Below are positions 1-9,936 of a stretch of 64,000 bases of DNA, piece after piece. Both the position numbers and the translations under genes were made by a program. This DNA comes from an uncultured Actinomycetes bacterium. GTDB lineage: Bacteria > Actinomycetota > Acidimicrobiia > Spongiisociales > DATADW01. The notes under the pieces are model-generated. The model worked only from the letters and a program-made list of their open reading frames with translations, was not told where the DNA came from and did not search any database. The stretch is from positions 1 through 64,000 of the forward strand of contig CAWGRK010000008.1 in assembly GCA_963824995.1 (NCBI GenBank), given 5' to 3'. Positions within the stretch are counted from its first letter, which is position 1; each line of letters begins with the position of its first letter.

Positions 1-544
1 GGAGCACCTCGAGGCCGAACCCGGACAACCCGGCGGCTCCCTCGCCCAATGCTGTCTCCACCACAACTCCGAGGTCCCCGGTCAGCATCAGCGCCCGGCG
101 CACCGCCGCAGCCGGGACCGAAGCCGCCAGCGCCACGGCCTCCACCATCACGCCACCGAGCGCGCCCTGCCGAAGCTCGCCAAGCAGCACGTTGCGGACA
201 AACCGCTGCTCTTCGGGCGTGGCCCGCTCCATGAGATCACCCAGGACCGTTGCCTTGGCTGTCCGCGAACCGGGTCCCGAAGCGGTAGCCAGAGTGTCGA
301 GCATGGCGTCCAGATCGCCCACGGTGAGTGTCGGCGCTTTGGCAGGGGCCACCTCGGCTCGCAGCGACGCCCACCCCACCCCCACCGAGCCCTGACGCGG
401 TTCGCCGGTGAGAAACCCGACGGCCGGTACCACCTCGTCGGGCCCGGCAACCGCCAAGACCGCAGCCAGCCGCCTCACCTTGGCGGAACGCGCCGCGGTC
501 TCGGCGACCTCGTTCGACGCCGCGACGAGGTCTGCCAGGAGCAC
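1..544 (-). CDS. ligB: ATP-dependent DNA ligase (LigB type), N-terminal DNA-binding domain; runs off the window
   Basis: Own translation from GTG at 544: MLLADLVAASNEVAETAARSAKVRRLA...FLTGEPRQGSVGVGWASL...ATPEEQRFVRNVLLGELRQGALGGVMVEAVALAASVPAAAVRRALMLTGDLG, typical of the actinobacterial LigB N-terminus. Absent from the ORF track because no stop lies in the window. Confidence 0.85.
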   Translation of the reverse strand, partial: MLLADLVAASNEVAETAARSAKVRRLAAVLAVAGPDEVVPAVGFLTGEPRQGSVGVGWASLRAEVAPAKAPTLTVGDLDAMLDTLATASGPGSRTAKATVLGDLMERATPEEQRFVRNVLLGELRQGALGGVMVEAVALAASVPAAAVRRALMLTGDLGVVVETALGEGAAGLSGFGLEVL

Positions 545-546
545 GA

Positions 547-972
547 TCAGTCCTTTGAACCGCCGAGCACCGCCATGTCGGTGATGTTCTGCAACCGCAC
601 CTGGCCGCGAGCCACCAACACCCCGTCCTCGTCCCGGGCGATCGTCACCTGCCATAGCTGTTGGGTGCGCCCCCGATGGATGGGGGTGGCCACAGCCCGC
701 AAACGCCCGGTGCGATGCGAGCGGAGGAAGTCGGTGGCGTTGGAGACTCCCACGGCCCCGATGATTCCGCTCTCGGCCGCCCAACTGACCGCACCGTAGG
801 AGGCGATGGTCTCGATGATCGAGCAGTAGATGCCCCCATGGACGACGCCGTACGGCTGGTGGTGCCGCTCGTCGACGTCGAGCACGGCCAGGACCCGGTC
901 TGGCCCGATCTCCTGGACGTCGAGCCCGATCAACTCCACGAACCCCGTGGGCGCCGGGACATGCTCCCTCAC
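547..972 (-). CDS. PaaI family (hotdog-fold) thioesterase
   Basis: HHQPYGVVHGGIYCSIIET motif and IHRGRTQQLWQV; AGGAGG RBS upstream. Confidence 0.9.
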   Translation of the reverse strand: MREHVPAPTGFVELIGLDVQEIGPDRVLAVLDVDERHHQPYGVVHGGIYCSIIETIASYGAVSWAAESGIIGAVGVSNATDFLRSHRTGRLRAVATPIHRGRTQQLWQVTIARDEDGVLVARGQVRLQNITDMAVLGGSKD

Positions 973-1061
973 GGCATCTACCTCCTGACGTCGACGGGAC
1001 GGTAGACGGATGGCAAATGCGGCCGTAGCTCAGTCCCCGGCTCCAGTTACTCTCCCGCTAC

Positions 1062-2537
1062 GTGAGCCTCGCTAGGCGGTTGGTCCCGGTCTTCCTCGTG
1101 CTGGCCGCGGCATGCAGCGGCACCCCCGCCAGCCCATCTTTGACCGAGCCGGCCACCCCGACCACACAGGCAGGGCCAACCTCGACTGGGGCCACCACGA
1201 GCGAGCCGACGGCTGCTACCTCCACCAGCGTCACTCCGACGAGCGGCCCCACGGCGACCGCCCGTTCCAAGGTGATCCGAGCTTCCTGCGATCAGCCACC
1301 CGATGCCTGGGTGGCGTTTTGCGAGGCGTACGAACTGATACAGACGAATCACCTGGAGCCCCTGGCCGACGAGGAACTCGCCGCCGCCGCCGCCGGCGGG
1401 ATCGACGAGTTGGACGACGATGCCCAAGCCCGTCCCAAAGACGAGGACCTTGTCTGTGCGTTGCCCACCGACGACTTCGAGGTGATGTGCCAGGCGATGA
1501 CCGACGAGGAGGCGGGCACCGAGGATCTCGCCGAGTCGGCGCTGCGAAAGATGGTGGCCACGCTCGACCCGTTCAGCTCGTATCTGTCGCCGGAAGCTGC
1601 TGCCCAATCGGAGGAGGAATCCTCGGGGACGGTGGAGGGAATCGGTGCCGTAGTCAGGCCCGGTGAGGTCGGAGACAACGGCGAGATCGGCGATATTTGC
1701 CCCGTGCTCGGACCTGAGTGCCGGATGGTCATCGTCTCCGTCATCGAGGGCAGCCCGGCCGAGAAGGCGGGGATCCGACCCGGCGACGTCACTGTGGCGG
1801 TTGACGGAGAGCCGGTGGACGGCCGCACGGTCGATGAGGTCGTCGAGGCGGTGCGAGGCCCGGCGGGGACCGACGTCGCCCTCACCATGGAGCGAGACGG
1901 CGAGACATACGACGTCGTGGCTACACGGGCGGCGGTCGAGATCGAAATCGCCGATTGGGAGGTGATCGAGCCAGGCATCGGTCTGCTCCGGCTCTCGCTC
2001 TTCAGCGACAATTCACCCGAGAAGGTGCGTGAGGCCCTCGAGGAGTTCGTCGCCGAAGACGTTGAGACCGTGATCCTCGATCTCCAGGGCAACCCGGGGG
2101 GTTCGCTCGACGCCACGGTGAGGATCGCCAGCGAGTTCCTCCTGGGAGGCGACGTGGTGAGAACCGAAGGCCGCGACGGATCGCTGGCCTATCCGGTTCG
2201 TCCCGATGGCGAATGGAAGAACGAGGAACTGGGACTGGTGGTGCTCATCGACCGCGCCTCTGCATCGGCTTCCGAAGTGCTGGCGGCGGTGCTCCAGGAG
2301 CGGGGCCGTGGCGAAGTGATCGGCGAGAACTCGTTTGGCAAGAACACCGTCCAGCAGCAGTTCCCACTCGGCGACGGCTCGAAGCTCCGGCTGACCATCG
2401 GCCGGTGGGTTACCCCGGAAGGTCAGGACTTTGGGGCTGAGGGCGTGACCCCGAACATCGAGGTCGAAATCCCGGTGGATGCCGAGGCCGGCTTCCTCGT
2501 TGACAAGGCCCTGTCGTACATCGATTCCACCGCCTGA
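1062..2537 (+). CDS. S41A carboxyl-terminal processing protease with PDZ domain, lipoprotein
   Basis: Lipobox LAAAC, Thr-rich linker, LDPFSSY, PDZ GSPAEKAGI, ILDLQGNPGGSL, SASASEV catalytic Ser, SFGKNTVQ catalytic Lys. Confidence 0.92.
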   Translation: MSLARRLVPVFLVLAAACSGTPASPSLTEPATPTTQAGPTSTGATTSEPTAATSTSVTPTSGPTATARSKVIRASCDQPPDAWVAFCEAYELIQTNHLEPLADEELAAAAAGGIDELDDDAQARPKDEDLVCALPTDDFEVMCQAMTDEEAGTEDLAESALRKMVATLDPFSSYLSPEAAAQSEEESSGTVEGIGAVVRPGEVGDNGEIGDICPVLGPECRMVIVSVIEGSPAEKAGIRPGDVTVAVDGEPVDGRTVDEVVEAVRGPAGTDVALTMERDGETYDVVATRAAVEIEIADWEVIEPGIGLLRLSLFSDNSPEKVREALEEFVAEDVETVILDLQGNPGGSLDATVRIASEFLLGGDVVRTEGRDGSLAYPVRPDGEWKNEELGLVVLIDRASASASEVLAAVLQERGRGEVIGENSFGKNTVQQQFPLGDGSKLRLTIGRWVTPEGQDFGAEGVTPNIEVEIPVDAEAGFLVDKALSYIDSTA

Positions 2538-2589
2538 ATCGGTCTGGAGGCCGATGAGCCGGCCGGGCCAGAGGGGTACGGTCACCGTC

Positions 2590-3735
2590 ATGGACCGCCC
2601 CGACGACGCCGCCGGCGTGGTGCTCACCGCACTCAGCGAGGCAATCGACACCATCGCCACCGAGCCGGCGCTCGACCGGGTACTGAGCAAGCTGGCCGAG
2701 GGGGCGCGTCGTCTCGCCCACGCCAGATACGCCGCCATCGGGATCCCGGCGCCCGAAGGCGACGCATTCGACCGCTTCGTCACGGTCGGGATGAGCGACG
2801 AGTTGATCGAGCGCCTCGGCCCTCTCCCTCGGACCCATGGAATGCTCGGGGCGATGCTCACGGAGACACAGCCGTTCCGCACCGCCGACATCACCCAGGA
2901 TCCCCGCTTCCGCGGGTGGTGGCCATTGGCGCACCCCATGATGCGCTCCTTCCTCGGAGTCCCCGTACTCACCCAGGGCGCGGTGATCGGCGCCTTCTAC
3001 CTCACCGAGCGCGAGGGGGGCGAGGAGTTCTCCGCTGAGGACGAGGCGAGGGTCAAACTGCTCGCCGGCCACGCCGCCATCGCCATCGAGAACGCCCGTT
3101 TGTTCGAGGCGAGCCGCGAGCTCGCCCTCGCCGAGGAACGCGCTCGGCTGGCCAGGGAGTTGCACGACGCCATGAGTCAGTCGCTCTTCAGCCTCAGCCT
3201 CTCGGCGCAGGCTGCAGCCAGCCTGGTCGAGCGCCAACCGGAGCGGGCGATCGAGGAGATGAGCCGGGTGAAGGAACTTGCCCGGGTCACGATGGCCGAA
3301 CTCCGTTCGGTGGTGGCCGGGCTCCGCCCCGCCGACCTGGAGGTCGACGGCCTGGTCGCCGCGCTTCGCAGCCAGCTTTCATTGCTCGAACGTGCCCACG
3401 GGCTCGACATCGTGGTGACGGTCGACGGCGAGCCCGACCTGGAGCCGGAGCAGGAGCACCACGTGTTCAGGGTGGTGCAGGAGGCGGTCACCAATGTCCT
3501 ACGCCATGCGTCCGCATCCAAGGTGGGTGTCAGCATCACCGCCAAGCCGGGGGTTCTGATCGCCGAGGTGAGCGATGACGGGGTCGGTTTCGACCCGGAG
3601 GCATCGGCCATCCGCAGCCGCCGTCTCGGCCTCACCTCGATGAGAGAACGGGCCGAGCGACTCGGCGGAAGACTGACGGTGGAGTCCGCCCCGGGAAAGG
3701 GCACGACGGTGCGGTTGGAGGTGAGCCATGGGTGA
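2590..3735 (+). CDS. GAF-domain sensor histidine kinase (HisKA_3/NarX type)
   Basis: GAF domain (HPMMRSFLGVPV), H-box ARELHDAMSQ, QEAVTNVLRHA, DDGVGF, GLTSMRERA; start moved to ATG 2590. Confidence 0.9.
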   Translation: MDRPDDAAGVVLTALSEAIDTIATEPALDRVLSKLAEGARRLAHARYAAIGIPAPEGDAFDRFVTVGMSDELIERLGPLPRTHGMLGAMLTETQPFRTADITQDPRFRGWWPLAHPMMRSFLGVPVLTQGAVIGAFYLTEREGGEEFSAEDEARVKLLAGHAAIAIENARLFEASRELALAEERARLARELHDAMSQSLFSLSLSAQAAASLVERQPERAIEEMSRVKELARVTMAELRSVVAGLRPADLEVDGLVAALRSQLSLLERAHGLDIVVTVDGEPDLEPEQEHHVFRVVQEAVTNVLRHASASKVGVSITAKPGVLIAEVSDDGVGFDPEASAIRSRRLGLTSMRERAERLGGRLTVESAPGKGTTVRLEVSHG

Positions 3736-4390
3736 ACGACCGATAACCGTTGTGATCGCCGACGACCATCCCGTGGTGAGGCGCGGGCTTCGCACCTTTC
3801 TCGAGGCGAGCGAGGGGTTCGAGGTGGTGGGCGAGGCAGCAGACGGCGCCGAGGCGGTCAGGGTCACCGTCGCTGCCGAGCCGGACGTGCTGCTTCTCGA
3901 CCTGGTCATGCCCCAGGTCGACGGAGTGGAAGCCATCGGCCGGTTGCGGCGTCACGGCTCAGCCACCAGGATCCTCGTCCTCACCAGCTTCGTCGCAGAG
4001 GACCAGGTGATACCGGCCATCCGAGCCGGTGCCGACGGCTACCTGCTCAAGGACGTAGACCCCCTCGAGCTTGCCGAAGCGATCCGCGCCGTCAGCCGCG
4101 GCGAGCCAATGCTGGCGCCACCGGCGGCTGCGGCGGTCATGGCGGCGGTATCGGGTTCGGTACCTGCGGTTCATCCCGACATCGAGAGGCTCACCGCCCG
4201 CGAACGTGAAGTCCTCGCCGGGATGGGGCGCGGGTTGGCAAACCGCCAACTCGCCGATGAGCTCTTCGTATCGGAGAAGACCGTCAAGACCCACGTGAGC
4301 AGCATCCTCATGAAACTGGGTCTGTCGGATCGGACCCAGGCGGCGCTGTTCGCGGTTCGGGTCGGTCTGGCGGATCCCAGGGCAGGTTGA
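3728..4390 (+). CDS. NarL/LuxR family response regulator
   Basis: REC domain (ADDHPVVRRG, LLDLVMP, GYLLK) plus LuxR HTH (LTAREREVL, VSEKTVKTHVS); overlaps the kinase stop. Confidence 0.95.
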   Translation: MGERPITVVIADDHPVVRRGLRTFLEASEGFEVVGEAADGAEAVRVTVAAEPDVLLLDLVMPQVDGVEAIGRLRRHGSATRILVLTSFVAEDQVIPAIRAGADGYLLKDVDPLELAEAIRAVSRGEPMLAPPAAAAVMAAVSGSVPAVHPDIERLTAREREVLAGMGRGLANRQLADELFVSEKTVKTHVSSILMKLGLSDRTQAALFAVRVGLADPRAG

Positions 4391-4498
4391 GAGGACCTGC
4401 CTCGAGAAAGCTCGACCCCAGGAAACTAGGCCGGAAGACCGAGGAAGGCCCGCCCCAAGGCTGACGACTCGCTCTCCGCCCGGTGCCAAGATGACCGG

Positions 4499-5194
4499 AT
4501 GAAATCGGGCCGTTCCGCCATCGTCACCGGCGCCAGCCGCGGGCTCGGACTCGCCCTCGCCCGATCACTCGCCTCATCGCGTTGGGCGCTGGCCATCGAC
4601 GCCCGCAGCGGGATCGAGGAAGCTGGACGGCTGCTGGAGGCCGACGGCGCCGCCTCGGTTGCCGCCGTTCCCGGCGATGTGTCCGATCCCGACCACGCCG
4701 CTGCCCTGGTCGAGGCGGCACGGTCGCAGGGTCCCCTCCAACTGCTGGTCCACAACGCCTCCACACTGGGGGCGAGCCCGCAGCCGCGCCTATCCGAATT
4801 GGGGCGGGAGATGCTCATCGGGATTCTCGAGGTCAACCTGGTGGCACCGCTTCGACTGACCCAACTCGCCCTCCCCGATCTGCGCCGCAACGGCGGGACC
4901 GTGATATCGATCACATCCGACGCCGCCATCGAGGGGTACGAGGGATGGGGCGGATACGGGGCGTCCAAGGCGGCGCTCGAGCAGATGAGCAACGTGCTCG
5001 CCGCTGAGGAACCAGGAGTGAAGATCTACTGGGTGGACCCAGGGGACATGCGCACCACCATGCATCAGGATGCGTTCCCCGGCGAGGACATCTCTGACCG
5101 GCCGCTTCCCGAGACCCGTGTCCGTGGTTTCGCCCAATTGGTCGAGGGCAGCCTCCCATCGGGCCGCTACCGGATCGAAGATCTGCTCGTTTGA
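4499..5194 (+). CDS. Short-chain dehydrogenase/reductase (SDR)
   Basis: TGASRGLG, HNAS, YGASK catalytic motif, VDPGDMRT. Confidence 0.92.
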   Translation: MKSGRSAIVTGASRGLGLALARSLASSRWALAIDARSGIEEAGRLLEADGAASVAAVPGDVSDPDHAAALVEAARSQGPLQLLVHNASTLGASPQPRLSELGREMLIGILEVNLVAPLRLTQLALPDLRRNGGTVISITSDAAIEGYEGWGGYGASKAALEQMSNVLAAEEPGVKIYWVDPGDMRTTMHQDAFPGEDISDRPLPETRVRGFAQLVEGSLPSGRYRIEDLLV

Positions 5195-6237
5195 TGCTTC
5201 GGATCGCACCCACCCCGCTGCCCGAGCCGATCGCAGGCACCGAACCCGCTGAGGAACGGGGATCGGGACGCGACGACGTCCGGCTCATGGTCTCCCGGGC
5301 CGGTTCACCCCCCACGCATCACCGATTCCCCGACCTGCCCTCGCTGCTGGCACCGGGAGACGTCCTCGTGGTCAACACATCGGCGACGCTGCCTGCCGCC
5401 CTCGAGGCGATGACGGAGGATGGGGCATCCGTCCGGCTACACCTCTCCACCCCAATCCCCGGCGGCTTGTGGGTGGTCGAGCCGCGCCGTCCTGATGGTG
5501 TGGGGAGCGCACCGATGATTGGCCAACCGATGGGCGATCGGCTGCTGCTTCCAGGTGGTGGAGAAGCCCGTCTGCTCGCCCCACACCCGGTCTGGGCGGA
5601 GCCCAGCCGGCTATGGACCGCCGTGATCGATGTCCCAGGGCCACTCCATGAGTACCTCGACCGCCATGGCGCGCCCATCCGTTACCTGCACGCCACCGGC
5701 GCCTGGCCGATAGCCGCCTACCAGACCGTCTTCGCCACCGTCCCGGGGAGCGCCGAGATGCCGAGCGCCGGTCGGCCCTTCACCCACCACATCGTGTCCC
5801 GTTTGGTCAACCGCGGCGTGATCGTCGTCCCGCTGGTCCTGCACACCGGCGTCTCCTCACTCGAGGCCCACGAGCCGCCCCAACCCGAGTGGTACGAGGT
5901 CCCGGCGGCAACCGCCCGCGCCGTCAATGCGTCCCGTGAGGGAGGTGGCAGGGTCGTGGCGGTGGGCACGACGGTGGTGCGCGCATTGGAGACGGCTGCC
6001 GATGACGCCGGCGTAGCCCACCCCGGACGGGGATGGACCGATCGTATAATCCGCCCTGACGAGGGTGTTCGCCTGGTCAGGGGCCTGCTCACCGGGTGGC
6101 ACGAGGCCGGTTCGTCACACCTCGACCTGCTGGAGGCGGTGGCGGGGCACGCCCTGGTCGATCTCAGCTATCGCGAGGCGATCGAGCACCGCTATCTCTG
6201 GCACGAGTTCGGGGACGTGAACTTGCTGCTCCCGTGA
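5194..6237 (+). CDS. QueA-like protein (SAM:tRNA ribosyltransferase-isomerase family, divergent paralogue)
   Basis: GDVLVVNTS, YQTVFA, AVGTTVVRALE and a FGD C-terminal motif; TGATG coupling to the SDR. Confidence 0.85.
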   Translation: MLRIAPTPLPEPIAGTEPAEERGSGRDDVRLMVSRAGSPPTHHRFPDLPSLLAPGDVLVVNTSATLPAALEAMTEDGASVRLHLSTPIPGGLWVVEPRRPDGVGSAPMIGQPMGDRLLLPGGGEARLLAPHPVWAEPSRLWTAVIDVPGPLHEYLDRHGAPIRYLHATGAWPIAAYQTVFATVPGSAEMPSAGRPFTHHIVSRLVNRGVIVVPLVLHTGVSSLEAHEPPQPEWYEVPAATARAVNASREGGGRVVAVGTTVVRALETAADDAGVAHPGRGWTDRIIRPDEGVRLVRGLLTGWHEAGSSHLDLLEAVAGHALVDLSYREAIEHRYLWHEFGDVNLLLP

Positions 6238-6245
6238 GGCGAGGC

Positions 6246-6887
6246 TCAGGACTCCTCGGGGAAGGGAACGCCCGTCGCCGAGTGACATCTGTAGCCGTTC
6301 ACGTGCACCGCCAGATACTGCTGGTGGTAGCCCTCGGCGTAGAAGAAGGACATTTCGGGCGCGATCTCGGTGCTGATCTCAGCGTGCCCCCGCCGGCGTA
6401 GCTCCTCCTGGTAGATGTCGCGCGACCGCTTCGCAGTCTCGAGCTGAGCATCGCTCGAGGTGAGGATCACCGACCGGTACTGGGTTCCGACGTCGTTCCC
6501 CTGCCGCATCCCCTGCGTGGGATCGTGCCTCTCCCAGAACACGCGGAGCAACTGGTCGTAGCTCACCTTCGCCGGGTCGTAGACGACCAGAGCCACCTCG
6601 GTGTGCCCGGTGCGCCCGGTGCACACCTCCTCGTACGTGGGGTTGGAGGTGAAGCCCCCGGCGTAGCCGACGGCCGTGGTGTACACCCCCGGGATCTTCC
6701 AGAAGAGCTCCTCCGCCCCCCAGAAGCACCCCATCCCAAACACCGCCCGCTCGAGGCCTTCGTGGAACGGTGGCCGGAGCGGTGTGCCCAGGACCCTGTG
6801 CAGGTCCGGCAGCGGGAACTCCTCCGCCCGTCCCGGCAGGGCATCTACCTCTGGGATCAATTCACTCTTCGCCTTGCTGAACCACAT
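6246..6887 (-). CDS. msrA: Peptide-methionine (S)-S-oxide reductase
   Basis: [49 protein letters not shown] before ATG 6887. Confidence 0.97.
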   Translation of the reverse strand: MWFSKAKSELIPEVDALPGRAEEFPLPDLHRVLGTPLRPPFHEGLERAVFGMGCFWGAEELFWKIPGVYTTAVGYAGGFTSNPTYEEVCTGRTGHTEVALVVYDPAKVSYDQLLRVFWERHDPTQGMRQGNDVGTQYRSVILTSSDAQLETAKRSRDIYQEELRRRGHAEISTEIAPEMSFFYAEGYHQQYLAVHVNGYRCHSATGVPFPEES

Positions 6888-6980
6888 ACGGGTCACCTCC
6901 AAGTATCGGAAACCGGTGCGTCCTCCGTGCTGTTCCCGTGGGGCACCCTTATTGTGGCCCCATGAGCGGCGAGGTGAGAC

Positions 6981-7853
6981 ATGCGTTGGACTAGAGGCAC
7001 CCGAACCGGTCGGGTCCAGGATCGGCGAAGCGCCGGCGGGTCTTCATCCCCCGGCGGTGGCGGCGGTCTGGGTGGACTTGGTGGTCTTGGTGGCTTTGCC
7101 AAGATGGGGATCCCGGGGATCCTGATCATCGTCGTGCTCGGCGTCTGCTTCGGAGGGGATATCTTTGGAGGAGGCGGTCAGTTCCAGGTGCCCATCGACG
7201 TCGAGGCGCCGACCGGGACCCAGGGTCTGGACGAGGGACCCGACCCCGACGAGGAGTTGTTCGAGTTCATGGAGTTCCTCGAAGCCGACATCCAGGGGCT
7301 GTGGGCGGGCGTGTTCGAGCAGGCAGGGGAGGAGTACCCGGCTGCATCCATGGTGATCTTCACCGACCAGACTCAATCGGCCTGCGGGGGATCCACCTCT
7401 GCGGTCGGCCCGCACTACTGCCCACCCGACCAGACCGTCTACCTGGACCTCGACTTCTTCCGCGAGCTGCGGTCAAGGTTCGGAGCGGCGGGTGATTTCG
7501 CCCAGGCCTATGTCGTTGCCCACGAGTTCGGCCACCATGTGCAGAACGTCACCGGGATCATGGAACAGGTCCAGTCGCAAGGTGCCAGCAACGAGTTGTC
7601 CGTCAAGCTGGAACTGCAGGCCGATTGCCTGGCCGGGGTGTGGGCGCAGAGTGTGCAGGAAGACTTGCAACCGGGCGACCTCGAGGAGGCGCTGGCTGCC
7701 GCTGCCGCAGTGGGGGACGACCGCATCCAGGAGATGTCGGGGCAGATGATCAACCCAGAGCGATGGACCCACGGTTCGGCCGAGCAGCGGGCCACCTGGT
7801 TCCGGCAGGGCTTCGACAGCGGAAACCCCAACAGCTGCGACACCTTCGCCTAA
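6981..7853 (+). CDS. Neutral zinc metallopeptidase (YpfJ family)
   Basis: [21 protein letters not shown] (HEXXH), [18 protein letters not shown]. Confidence 0.92.
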   Translation: MRWTRGTRTGRVQDRRSAGGSSSPGGGGGLGGLGGLGGFAKMGIPGILIIVVLGVCFGGDIFGGGGQFQVPIDVEAPTGTQGLDEGPDPDEELFEFMEFLEADIQGLWAGVFEQAGEEYPAASMVIFTDQTQSACGGSTSAVGPHYCPPDQTVYLDLDFFRELRSRFGAAGDFAQAYVVAHEFGHHVQNVTGIMEQVQSQGASNELSVKLELQADCLAGVWAQSVQEDLQPGDLEEALAAAAAVGDDRIQEMSGQMINPERWTHGSAEQRATWFRQGFDSGNPNSCDTFA

Positions 7854-7862
7854 TAGCCGCGG

Positions 7863-8853
7863 TCAGACCTCCACGCCGACCCAGGCGAGGTCGTGGTCGC
7901 TCCCATCGCCGAGGAGGCTGAACCTCCTCCGATCGATGACGGATCGGGTCTGCCGGGCACCAAGCGAAGGGCTCAGCCAGATCTGGTCGAACAACTCGTG
8001 CCGTGGTGGCTGACCGGGAGGGCGGAAGCGGTGGGTCCAGCGGACCGAGGCCGGCTCTTCCCCGGACAGCTCCGGCTTGCCGCCCGGGGTCTCCTCAGGG
8101 CCGGCGAGACCATCCACCAAACCGAGCGGACCGGCGACGAGGGGGGCGAGGAACTCGGAATCGGTGGGATCGTTGAAGTCGCCGCAGACCACGAACCTGG
8201 AGTTGGGTCTGGTCTGGGAGGTGACGATCCGGTCGATCGTTTCCGCCTCACGGCGGCGTCGCTCGTTGTCCCTGACTTCCTGGACAGGTCGATCCTCCGG
8301 ATCGACGGTGAAGGGGATGAAGTGGCTCTTGAGGTGACCCACGAACAGCGTGAGCAGCCTCCGCCCTCTTCTGATGCTGAGGACCTCGACCTGCAGGCAA
8401 TCGCGTCCGAAGGCGGGCGTGGCCGGGTCGAGTGGGTGGACGGCGTGTCGCCAGGATGTCACCGCACCGAGCGGATACCTGGAGAGCATCCCGACATCGA
8501 TGAAGCGGGCATCGTTCCCGTCCACGAGCGTCATGTGGCGGAAGTGCCCATCGAGATCGTCGGCGTTGAACCTCTGCAGCGTCTCCAGATTCTCCGCCTC
8601 CTGGACAGCGAGGACGTCGATCTCTGACCGCAGGATCCGCTCCGCCAGCAGACGGCGCGACTCGACCGACTTGGGGAGCACCAACCGGCCGTCCGGACTC
8701 AGCCGCAAGCGGTAGCTCTCCGGGTCGGTGAAGACGTAGTTCGCCTCCACCTCGTCGAACCCCTGGTCGATGGCGGTGGAGCACGCCGGAGAAATTCCAA
8801 CGGCCGAACAAATTGTTCAGGTTGAAGGTCCCGACCCTTAGCTCCACGGCCAC
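7863..8853 (-). CDS. Endonuclease/exonuclease/phosphatase (EEP) family protein, frameshifted near 8780
   Basis: N-terminus VGTFNLNNLF is in one frame; LAVQEAE, HLKSH, CGDFND, FDQIW and GSDH are in the next frame. Confidence 0.8.
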
Positions 8854-8892
8854 CCCCTCGGGGCGACCCTACCCGTGGTTGTACCTGATGGA

Positions 8893-9099
8893 TCAGCCCG
8901 AGGCAGTCGTTTCGGTCATCTCCATGGTGGTGTCGGTCATCTCCATGGTGGTCTCGGTCATTTCCATGGTGGTCTCGGTCATGTCTTCGACTGTGGTTTC
9001 CGTCGCCCCACCCTCGTCGCCGTCACCGCCGCCACATGCGGTCAGGACAAATGTGAGCAGCGCGATCGGCATCAGCCGTCGGATCAGGTATCGCAGCAT
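8893..9099 (-). CDS. Small lipoprotein with Met/Thr/Glu tandem repeats
   Basis: GAGGAG RBS, lipobox VLTAC, tail EDMTETTMEMTETTMEMTDTTMEMTETT. Confidence 0.75.
   Translation of the reverse strand: MLRYLIRRLMPIALLTFVLTACGGGDGDEGGATETTVEDMTETTMEMTETTMEMTDTTMEMTETTASG
8912..8982 (-). repeat. 21-bp tandem repeat (about 3.4 copies) encoding MTETTME
   Basis: Plus-strand unit tcggtcatYtccatggtggtS starting at 8912, 8933 and 8954, with a partial copy at 8975. Confidence 0.9.
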
Positions 9100-9219
9100 C
9101 GGACGCTCCTCGGTCGTCGTGTGTCGGTCCACGACCAACCTCACTGCCTCCGATGTGAGACGGGTGTCGATCGCCGCGGCACCGCCACCCGCTGCTCCGT
9201 CTCCGGGGGAGGCAAGAAC

Positions 9220-9324
9220 TCAGGCCGTGGTGACGAGGTCGGCTCCGAAGCCGGCGAGGAGGAGTATGAACGTGATCCACCCGACCAACAGGACCACCCC
9301 GATGACGACCCGGGCGTTGCTCAC
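9220..9324 (-). CDS. Putative 34-aa single-pass membrane micro-protein
   Basis: GTG start overlaps the upstream TGA (GTGA); MSNARVVIGVVLLVGWITFILLLAGFGADLVTTA. Confidence 0.5.
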   Translation of the reverse strand: MSNARVVIGVVLLVGWITFILLLAGFGADLVTTA

Positions 9325-9875
9325 AGTTCGAACCCCACCGTCGTGAAGAACCACAACGCACTGGTGAGCCAGACGACGGTCAACCCGGTGAACAACAGAC
9401 CACCGATGGTGGGAAGGGCCCATCCCGGTAGCCCGTGAGAACGCACCGTCAGCATCTTGGCGGCGAAAGCACCGAACACGAAGCAACCAGCGAGAGAGTG
9501 GACGAGCGTGCGCGGTTCGGAGGGGTTGAAGCCAAGAGCCCAGAGGCAGTGATAGGCGACCGGTATGGCGAGCAGAAAGGCCAGCGTTCCCGAGGTCCGG
9601 TGGGCTATGCCGAGCCACGGCGGAGCACTGCCCTTGCCGAGCTTTCCGTAGAGCTTGAGCGCCCCCACCACCTGAGCGACGGCGAGAACCGCAACCGCGG
9701 TGGCCAACCACACCTTGAGTGTGATGGTCCGAGTGAAGAACAGGGTCACCAGCGACCTGCCGGTTGGATCGTGGACCGACCCGTAGACGCCGAGGGACAG
9801 CGCGACAAGCGCCCCAATAGCAAGGATCAATGCGAAACGACCCGTGCCGGATGGCCGCTCCGCTTCGACAGTCAT
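9321..9875 (-). CDS. DUF6529-like membrane protein
   Basis: About 5 hydrophobic helices; LKVWLAT, HRTSG, AYHCL, VHSLAG, AAKML, VWLTSALWFF. Confidence 0.75.
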   Translation of the reverse strand: MTVEAERPSGTGRFALILAIGALVALSLGVYGSVHDPTGRSLVTLFFTRTITLKVWLATAVAVLAVAQVVGALKLYGKLGKGSAPPWLGIAHRTSGTLAFLLAIPVAYHCLWALGFNPSEPRTLVHSLAGCFVFGAFAAKMLTVRSHGLPGWALPTIGGLLFTGLTVVWLTSALWFFTTVGFEL

Positions 9876-9936
9876 CGCCGCCCTCCTCGCCGCCCAAGGC
9901 TACGCGTCGGGCGGTGCGATGTAGCGTGCGGGCGCT

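Noticed and set aside
1019..1035. GCGGCCGTAGCTCAGTC resembles a tRNA 5' end
   Set aside because: No anticodon arm, no TTCGA T-loop and no complementary acceptor 3' strand follow.
8806..8818. GAAC-AAATT-GTTC as an SOS box
   Set aside because: The spacer is 5 nt rather than 4, and the site lies inside the EEP coding region.
8893..9324. TGA readthrough (selenocysteine) joining the 34-aa peptide to the Met-rich lipoprotein, which are in the same frame
   Set aside because: The lipoprotein has its own RBS and signal peptide; there is no Cys-equivalent context or convincing SECIS.
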